In this document: piece after piece, positions 17,931 through 27,449 of the stretch
Layout: every line of letters begins with the position of its first letter
Numbering within the stretch: the stretch's first letter is position 1
Source: Oligoflexia bacterium
GTDB lineage: Bacteria > Bdellovibrionota > UBA1018 > CAIMNF01
Direction: 5' to 3'
DNA: 33,039 bases
NCBI GenBank assembly: GCA_903858975.1
Contig: CAIOKW010000014.1
Span: forward strand, 1 to 33,039
Notes under the pieces: generated by a model
Seen by the model: only the letters and a program-made list of their open reading frames with translations
Told to the model about the DNA's origin: nothing
Database searches by the model: none
Translations under genes and position numbers: made by a program

Positions 17931-18754
17931 TTTCGCTTCTTCTTCATTCGTTCATTGAGGCGCACCATCCGCACCTGAATCACGTTTGGTGCTGGATAAT
18001 CTGCTTTGATGGATTGAAAGAGATCGTATGCCTCTTCAAGCTGATCAAGTTCTTCCCGCGTGGCTGCCTCACCAAAGATGGCTTCGACATACATTCTATG
18101 ATTTTTAACCTGACTCTTCTGTTTTAGATCCTGATAAATTTTCAGTGCCTTATTATAAGCCTGTTTATCATTTTCACCCATGGCGTAGCAGGCACCCGCA
18201 AGGTCAAACATAACCTTCATTGCGACTGGAGAATCCGGGTATTCAGTGAGAACGCTTTCATACCACTCGATTGATTTTTTAATACGATTCGTTTGAAAGT
18301 AGGAGCGGGCAATTCGATATTTAAAGTTCGCGATATCCTGCGGTTGAAATCGCTTCGAGGGAAGAAGTTTAGTATAAAACTCAATTGCCTTTTGAAACTG
18401 ACCAAGTTTAGAGAAGTATAATTCCCCAATTTCCATTTGCGCTTGCGGCGCTAACTCTGAATTAGATGCGCGCTCAAGAAATAACTCAAAACCCTTCAGC
18501 GCATCTTCGGGAGCGTTTAAAAAAAGCGCCTTCGTCATTGAAGATCGCCAGAGTGCTTGAAGGCCAATTGCTGAATTCGGTGCCTCCTTCACAACGCGAT
18601 CAAACTCCGAAACCGCGGCCGGATAGTTCTTCTCTGTCCATAGCTTCTCAGCGGTCAAATAGTGATTTGAAGTGGATGACTGAACCGTACATGCCGAAAT
18701 GAGGAAAACGCACAGGGGAGTGAGAGTTTCACCCCCCTTGTAAAACCATTTCAT
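17927..18754 (-). CDS. TPR-repeat lipoprotein (BamD/CpoB-like)
   Basis: Lipobox ISA-C and repeated TPR helices ('A...F..V....P.S', 'YP.S'). Start moved to ATG 18754, just after the gyrA stop. Confidence 0.8.
   Translation of the reverse strand: MKWFYKGGETLTPLCVFLISACTVQSSTSNHYLTAEKLWTEKNYPAAVSEFDRVVKEAPNSAIGLQALWRSSMTKALFLNAPEDALKGFELFLERASNSELAPQAQMEIGELYFSKLGQFQKAIEFYTKLLPSKRFQPQDIANFKYRIARSYFQTNRIKKSIEWYESVLTEYPDSPVAMKVMFDLAGACYAMGENDKQAYNKALKIYQDLKQKSQVKNHRMYVEAIFGEAATREELDQLEEAYDLFQSIKADYPAPNVIQVRMVRLNERMKKKRK
18705..18741 (-). terminator. Terminator-like hairpin just downstream of gyrA, inside the TPR gene start
   Basis: Minus strand ACAAGGGGGGTGA-AACTC-TCACTCCCCTGT then GCGTTTT: about 12-bp stem with a weak U-tract. 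Confidence 0.4.
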
Positions 18755-18755
18755 T

Positions 18756-21233
18756 CTATTGCGTAACTTCCGTCGCAACACCATCATCAGGAATGTTTTC
18801 AACAGCGACCACTTTTTCTCCACTGTCTACCGTCATTAAGCGAACCCCTTGAGTGTTCCGGCTTTGTTCACTAATTTCACCGATTTTAATTCGAATCAAC
18901 TTGCCTCGACTTGAGAAGAGCATGAGGTCATCGCTTGGCGTGACTTGACGAGCGGACATCAGTTGTCCGGTCTTGTCGGTTACTTTTAATGTGATGATTC
19001 CCTTACCTCCGCGGGTTTGAACGCGGTATTCACTGACTGGGGTCCGTTTTCCATATCCCAATTCAGAAACAACCAGAATTTCATTTGAAGATTCTGCTGG
19101 ATGAATAAGTTCCATTCCCACCACTGAATCACCCTCATCTAGGGACATTCCGTATACTCCGTAAGCCGTACGGCCCATCGGGCGAACATCTTTTTCGGCA
19201 AAGCGTATACTCATTCCACTTGCTGAGGTCATGAAAATTTCATTACTTCCATCAGAAATGCGCGCACCAATTAAAGCGTCTCCTTCTTCGATCGAGATCG
19301 CATTAATACCGGTCGTGCGAACGTTTTTGTATTCAGAAAGCGCGGTTTTCTTCACGATTCCCGATTTCGTTGCCATCACGAGGAAGTTGTTCTCGTTATA
19401 GTCTTTCACCGGGAGAATCATCATTACCTTTTCATCCGCTTGAAGCGTAAGAAGGTTCACAATGGCTTTTCCTTTTGAAGTTCGGGTGGCTTCAGGAATC
19501 TTATAAACCTTCACTACGTGGAGGCGCCCTTTGTCTGTCAAACAAAACAATTGACTGAGAGTGGTGGTCTTAAAGATTTGATTCACAAAATCTTCATCAT
19601 CGGTATTCATTCCGATGATTCCTTTTCCGCCTCGGCCCTGGGATTTAAATTGATTTGGATCCTGACGCTTGATGTAGCCAGTACGAGTAATCGTTAGAAG
19701 TGTCGGCTCATCAGTAATCAAGGATTCAATATCAATATCAGAACTTTCATCCAAAGTGATCTCGGTTCGGCGATCATCGGCATAGCGTTCACGAATCTCA
19801 GTCAATTCACCGCTAATGATTTCATATACGCGTGACTCTTTTGAAAGGATGTCTTTTAAGTCGCCAATGATTCGGAGGACTTCGTTGTACTCATCGATAA
19901 TTTTGTCACGCTCAAGACCGGTCAAGCGCTGAAGTCGCATATCAAGAATGGCTTGGGCTTGAAGTTGTGAAAATGCAAATTTAGTCATGAGGCCCGTGAG
20001 GGCTTCAGGTGCGTTTGCGCTTGCACGAATGAGTGCGATCACTTCGTCTAGATGCTCAACTGCACGCTTTAAGCCTTCCAAGATATGAAGCCTTGCTTCC
20101 GCTTTTCTGAGATCAAACACAGTTCTTCGAATGACGACGTCTTTACGGTGCTCAATAAAGGCCTGAATCATGTCCTTCAGGTTGAACATCTTCGGTTGAT
20201 GATGATCAATCGCAAGGAGTGCGATCCCGTAGCTATCTTGTAGTTGGGTCATTTTATAGAGTCGATTGAGGACTACGCTTGAGCTCTCGTTCTTCTTAAT
20301 TTCGATTACAATGCGCATTCCGGTACGGTCTGATTCATCCCGAATATCAGAAATACCCTCAAGCTTGTCGTCGTTCACGAGATCTGCAATTTTCTCAATG
20401 AGCTTTGCTTTGTTCACCTGATAAGGAAGTTCAGTGACGATAATGCGTTCTCGATCGTTCTTATAAGTTTCGATCTCGCTTTTAGCGCGAATGGTAATGA
20501 CGGCACGTCCTGTTTTATAAGCAAGCTTCAGCACGTTACCACCAAAGATCGTTCCACCGGTTGGAAAATCAGGGCCCTTCACAAACTCCATCAATCCATC
20601 TACGTCGAGGCTTGGATTATTGATCAGAGCAAGCGTTGCATCTACCACTTCACCTAAGTTGTGAGGAGGAATGTTCGTCGCCATCCCAACCGCAATCCCG
20701 GTTGAGCCATTAATGAGCAAATTAGGAATCTTTGTCGGAAACACCAATGGCTCTTGTAATGAACCATCGTAGTTCGGTCCAAAATCTACGGTTTCTTTTT
20801 CAAGATCCGCTAGGATTTCATCCGTGATTTTTTCCATCCGAATTTCGGTATATCGCATCGCCGCTGCTGAATCCCCATCGATCGATCCGAAGTTTCCTTG
20901 CCCATCAATCAGCGGATAACGGAGCGAGAAATCCTGTGCCATCCGAACGATGGTGTCATAAACTGCGCTGTCGCCGTGCGGGTGATACTTACCAATGACA
21001 TCCCCGACGATACGCGCGGATTTTTTATAAGCCTTATTATAGGTATTCCCTAAATCATACATCGCATAAAGTGCGCGACGGTGAACGGGTTTTAGTCCAT
21101 CTCTAACATCAGGCAATGCTCGTCCAATAATGACGGACATGGCGTAATCGAGATAGGCTCCGCGCATCTCATCTTCAATATTAACTTGAACAACGTTGCT
21201 CATTTTTTCAGGTGGTTGATTTGGTGTTTCCAT
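18756..21233 (-). CDS. gyrA: DNA gyrase subunit A
   Basis: [11 protein letters not shown], catalytic AAMRYTE, GyrA box QGRGGKG, beta-pinwheel C-terminal repeats. Confidence 0.99.
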   Translation of the reverse strand: METPNQPPEKMSNVVQVNIEDEMRGAYLDYAMSVIIGRALPDVRDGLKPVHRRALYAMYDLGNTYNKAYKKSARIVGDVIGKYHPHGDSAVYDTIVRMAQDFSLRYPLIDGQGNFGSIDGDSAAAMRYTEIRMEKITDEILADLEKETVDFGPNYDGSLQEPLVFPTKIPNLLINGSTGIAVGMATNIPPHNLGEVVDATLALINNPSLDVDGLMEFVKGPDFPTGGTIFGGNVLKLAYKTGRAVITIRAKSEIETYKNDRERIIVTELPYQVNKAKLIEKIADLVNDDKLEGISDIRDESDRTGMRIVIEIKKNESSSVVLNRLYKMTQLQDSYGIALLAIDHHQPKMFNLKDMIQAFIEHRKDVVIRRTVFDLRKAEARLHILEGLKRAVEHLDEVIALIRASANAPEALTGLMTKFAFSQLQAQAILDMRLQRLTGLERDKIIDEYNEVLRIIGDLKDILSKESRVYEIISGELTEIRERYADDRRTEITLDESSDIDIESLITDEPTLLTITRTGYIKRQDPNQFKSQGRGGKGIIGMNTDDEDFVNQIFKTTTLSQLFCLTDKGRLHVVKVYKIPEATRTSKGKAIVNLLTLQADEKVMMILPVKDYNENNFLVMATKSGIVKKTALSEYKNVRTTGINAISIEEGDALIGARISDGSNEIFMTSASGMSIRFAEKDVRPMGRTAYGVYGMSLDEGDSVVGMELIHPAESSNEILVVSELGYGKRTPVSEYRVQTRGGKGIITLKVTDKTGQLMSARQVTPSDDLMLFSSRGKLIRIKIGEISEQSRNTQGVRLMTVDSGEKVVAVENIPDDGVATEVTQ

Positions 21234-21246
21234 GTGTCTCTATTTC

Positions 21247-22257
21247 CTAAAAACGATAAACTGCGGATCCCCAGGTGAATCCACTTCCGAATGCTGCTGA
21301 TGCGACCAGCATTCCTTTTTTGAGTTTTCCTGCTCTGACGGCTTCATCTAATCCAATGGGAATGGTTGCTGCCGTCGTATTTGCAAATTTTTGAATCGTA
21401 TTAAAGACCTTGTGTTCTGGAATATTGAACTGCTTTGCGATCATGTCATTGATGCGGAGATTGGCTTGGTGAAAAATGAATAGATCAATGTCTTCGATCG
21501 ACAATTCGTTTTGCTTAAACGCCGCCTGAAGCGCTTCTGGCATGCGCTTCACAGCGTTCAAGAATACAGTTTTGCCATTCATCTGTGGGAAATGAAGCTT
21601 GTCTTCTATTTCTTTGGTTCCAATGCGATCACTGGAGTTTCCGCTCCCAGGAGCAGCAACCCAAAGCTCCTCGGCAAAGGTGCCATCTGCGTAAAGATGG
21701 GTAGAGAGAACGTGAGAGTCTGTTTTGACATCTTTCACTTCTGTGGCACACATTACCACGGCTCCGGCTCCATCTCCGAAGAGTACTGCGACGTCGCGCC
21801 CCTGATCATTCTTTTCAAGCCCTTTTGATTGAAGCTCTGCCCCTACGACCAAAATTTTCTGGTACATACCGGTGCGAATGAATTGGTCAGCAATCGACAT
21901 GGCATAGATGAAACCCGTACATTGTTGGCGAACATCGAGGGCCGGGATTCCTGGCACACCCAGTTTCTTTTGAAGGAAACATGCGGTACCCGGAAACTCA
22001 TGGTCTGGTGAAAGCGTTGCTACGATAAGCATATCGATTTCACTCTTATCCATGTTCGCATTTTTAAGTGCGACTAGAGCAGCTTCATACGCAAGATCAG
22101 AGGTTGAAGTGTCATCAGCAGCCCAATGACGTTGTTCAATCCCGGTCCTTTGACGAATCCACTCATCAGAAGTATCCATCATTTTTGCCAAATCATCATT
22201 TTTGATGATCTGAGGCGGGACATACATTCCTGTAGAAACAATTTTTGAACGTAGCAT
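21247..22257 (-). CDS. fabH: 3-oxoacyl-ACP synthase III (FabH family)
   Basis: DTSDEWI..RTGI, catalytic Cys (QQCTGF), His (FHQAN) and Asn (FANT), LFGDGAGA, FGSGFTWG. ATG 22257 follows GGAG. Confidence 0.95.
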   Translation of the reverse strand: MLRSKIVSTGMYVPPQIIKNDDLAKMMDTSDEWIRQRTGIEQRHWAADDTSTSDLAYEAALVALKNANMDKSEIDMLIVATLSPDHEFPGTACFLQKKLGVPGIPALDVRQQCTGFIYAMSIADQFIRTGMYQKILVVGAELQSKGLEKNDQGRDVAVLFGDGAGAVVMCATEVKDVKTDSHVLSTHLYADGTFAEELWVAAPGSGNSSDRIGTKEIEDKLHFPQMNGKTVFLNAVKRMPEALQAAFKQNELSIEDIDLFIFHQANLRINDMIAKQFNIPEHKVFNTIQKFANTTAATIPIGLDEAVRAGKLKKGMLVASAAFGSGFTWGSAVYRF

Positions 22258-22269
22258 TGAATTCTCCAA

Positions 22270-24696
<2,427 letters not shown>

Positions 24697-24712
24697 TCAC
24701 TTCGGGGTATTC

Positions 24713-25882
24713 TTAAATTACTTTTCCTTGATTCATTTGAATCGATATTCCTCTTGAACCTAAACTTCGTGAAAGGTCGTCCGTTGACGTCACGAAAATT
24801 TGTAGCTCGGAATTCTCCAAGTAATTTAATAAAAATCCCCTACGAGTCGAATCAAGCTCCGATGAAAAATCATCAATGAGCAGCACAGGTTGAACCTCAG
24901 TCTTTTTTTCAAACTCCTCAAGCTCTGCAAGCTTAAGAGCCAAAAGGACTGATCTAATTTCACCCTGGGAACCTACATTCACTAAATCCGCATCAAGGTG
25001 AGATTTTTGGTTCCCAACCTTAAACACCAGATCATCCCGGTGAGGACCCACCAGACTCGTTTTACGGACCCTTTCCAGGGGTCCTTTTTCGGTGAGTTTT
25101 TGATGTAAGTTTTCCATTAAAATTTGTATCGACGGGAGATCAAAATGTCCAGTAAAATGAAGGGTTTCCCCTTGTTTATATGCTAAATTTACGGGCGTTT
25201 GATGGGGTGCAATATTTGATAAAAATTCTAAGACGGGTGCAGCAATTTTCTGGAGGTAGGATAGTCTCCAAAAGATCAATTCTGCTCCCGATTTAATGAT
25301 GTTTTCATTGAGGATTTTAAGTAGCTGAAAATCAAATCGTTCTTCCTGCTTTAAGAGTGCATTTTTTTGATCGAGTGACTTTTGATAGTGTTTCAGAATG
25401 TTCAAGTATTCGGGATTTTCACTGGAGATGACTTGGTTCAAGTAATTGCGCCTGAGGCTCGGCTCGCCCCTCATGAGGTCCGTGGAAGTGGGATTGAGGT
25501 TGATGGCATGGAATTGAATCGGAGAGTGATGGAGCTTGACCCCGAAGTAATCGAGAGCGCTCTTAGAGAGCTTTTGATTAATATAGGCCCTCTTTTCAAA
25601 TCGGGAGGGTCCCTGAACCAGCTCAACTTTGAGTTCAGCCTCCGTCGTGGCATCAATTTTAAAGGCCCCCTTGACCTGTCCAAACTCTTTTCCCTGTTTG
25701 AGTAAGGCATGGAGGTCGGAATCTCTAAATGATCTTAAATTGGAAAGGAGGTAGATCGATTCAAGGATGCTGGTCTTTCCTTGAGCATTCAAACCATGAA
25801 TGAAATGAATCCCTCGATCACAAGGAATTGCAACCTCTTCTAGGTTCCTAATATTTCTGATCGTGAGCTTCTCAAGTTTCAA
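24713..25882 (-). CDS. recF: DNA replication/repair protein RecF
   Basis: GLNAQGKTS, GPHRDDL, GSQGE, LLIDDFSSELD; lies between dnaN and gyrB. Confidence 0.97.
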   Translation of the reverse strand: MKLEKLTIRNIRNLEEVAIPCDRGIHFIHGLNAQGKTSILESIYLLSNLRSFRDSDLHALLKQGKEFGQVKGAFKIDATTEAELKVELVQGPSRFEKRAYINQKLSKSALDYFGVKLHHSPIQFHAINLNPTSTDLMRGEPSLRRNYLNQVISSENPEYLNILKHYQKSLDQKNALLKQEERFDFQLLKILNENIIKSGAELIFWRLSYLQKIAAPVLEFLSNIAPHQTPVNLAYKQGETLHFTGHFDLPSIQILMENLHQKLTEKGPLERVRKTSLVGPHRDDLVFKVGNQKSHLDADLVNVGSQGEIRSVLLALKLAELEEFEKKTEVQPVLLIDDFSSELDSTRRGFLLNYLENSELQIFVTSTDDLSRSLGSRGISIQMNQGKVI

Positions 25883-25887
25883 TGAAA

Positions 25888-26991
25888 CTAGATTCTCATC
25901 GGCATGATCACGTAACAGTGGTTTTTGTGACCCGCGGATTGAATGAGACCAGGCTTAGTCTTATCTTTAAAATTAAATTCAATATCGCTGTCTTTCATTA
26001 CTTCAAGACAATCGAGCATGTACTTCGCATTGAATCCAATTTCAAAATCTTCACCATGATAATCCAAACTGATCTCGTCGCGAGCTTCTCCCATATCTGG
26101 ATTCGATGAAGCGACTGAAAGTAATCCGTCATGAATATTCAATTTAACCCCTTTGCTCTTTTCATGAGCCATGAGGGATACTCGTTTTAAAGCTCCAAGA
26201 AGGTCTTCCCGTTTAAGCTTTGCTACCTTATCCAAATTTTGAGGAATCACTTGGCGGTAATCTGGATAATCAGCCTCAATTAAACGGATGAATAAGAATG
26301 AATTTTCACTCTTTGCGTAGAGGTATCCTTTTTCAAATGCAATTCCGATATTTTTAGTTCCCTGAAGCATTTTATGAAGTTCAGTAAGTCCTTTTTTAGG
26401 AATAACTACTCCACGTTTCAATTCGAGGGGTTTAGCAAAAACTTCATAGTCAATGTAGGAAAGTCGATGCCCATCGGTAGCTGTCATGCGCGTCAGGCCA
26501 TCCGGAAGGACTTCAAGATACACACCATTTAAGTGGTAACGAGTAGCATCGGTTGAAACAGCAAACTCAGTCTTATCAATCATCTCGCTTAAGCGTTCTG
26601 AATTTGCATAAATATAATTTTTTTCTTCAAATAGGGGAAGGCTTGGGAATCCTTCCGCTGAAATACTGACCACATTGAAGCGTGCCTTATTGCAATTAAT
26701 TTCAACCCAATGATTAGGCTTCAAATTAAAGTGCATCACTTGATTTGGAAGTTCTTTGGTAATGTCTAAAATGTGCTTTGTAGATAGAGTAAGCTTTCCA
26801 GGGTTTTCAATATTCGCATCTAAATTGATTTGAATACCTACTTCAAGGTCAGTTCCACTTAAAGTGAGTTTATCATTCTTGGCTTCAAAGAGAATGTTCC
26901 CCAGAATTTCCATTGTGTGTTTCTTCTCAATGACTGAAGAAATCTTTTGTAATGCGTTTAAAAGTTGATCCCTTTGAATACTGAACTTCAT
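25888..26991 (-). CDS. dnaN: DNA polymerase III beta sliding clamp
   Basis: 367 aa; TDLE, ATDGHRL, C-terminal VIMPMRI. Confidence 0.98.
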   Translation of the reverse strand: MKFSIQRDQLLNALQKISSVIEKKHTMEILGNILFEAKNDKLTLSGTDLEVGIQINLDANIENPGKLTLSTKHILDITKELPNQVMHFNLKPNHWVEINCNKARFNVVSISAEGFPSLPLFEEKNYIYANSERLSEMIDKTEFAVSTDATRYHLNGVYLEVLPDGLTRMTATDGHRLSYIDYEVFAKPLELKRGVVIPKKGLTELHKMLQGTKNIGIAFEKGYLYAKSENSFLFIRLIEADYPDYRQVIPQNLDKVAKLKREDLLGALKRVSLMAHEKSKGVKLNIHDGLLSVASSNPDMGEARDEISLDYHGEDFEIGFNAKYMLDCLEVMKDSDIEFNFKDKTKPGLIQSAGHKNHCYVIMPMRI

Positions 26992-27449
26992 ATCTATTCA
27001 CCCACCTTGAATGAAGAAGGACTCTCATAAAAATATATATATATAAAGATCATAGTAGTCATAGGGGTGTGGACGGTGTGGAAAACTCATTAAGTGATTG
27101 AAATAATGATAGAAAGACCTTCAAGGTGCGGTGTAAAACCCCTGTGGGATAAAAACGAGCTTTTGGGGGATTACTCTGATTTTGAGGGAACATCCAAAAA
27201 GTGGGACTTATCCCCCCTTTTTTCCACCAAAAAAGAGACATTTTGTCCTAATGAGCGAGTCAGTGAGTCTCAAATTCTTGTTTATCCCCCGAAATCATTC
27301 ACCAAGATGGTGATTTAACGGTTAATGAATTGGGGATAAATAGTCTATCGGGGGGTCATTTTGGGGATAAGTTTAATAAATACCTAATTTAATTAGGAAT
27401 TTAATTCACCAACCCCATTTCAAGCTTTCGTGGATAAGTTACTAACCGC
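26992..27449. other. Chromosomal replication origin oriC
   Basis: Non-coding 458 bp upstream of dnaN. AT-rich tract (~27027-27047), TAG trio-like repeats (27053-27064), GGG, tandem boxes TGTGGACGG and TGTGGAAAA (27068-27085), then about 9 more DnaA-box-like 9-mers up to 27437. Confidence 0.9.

Noticed and set aside
20955-20995. Quinolone-resistance substitutions in GyrA
   Set aside because: The QRDR reads HGDSAVYD, with wild-type Ser and Asp.
27033-27045. (AT)n microsatellite or phase-variation tract
   Set aside because: Better explained as the AT-rich unwinding element next to the DnaA-trios.
27059-27318. Short ORFs 27059-27241 (-) and 27094-27318 (+)
   Set aside because: They lie over the DnaA-box array of oriC and have no protein-like features.
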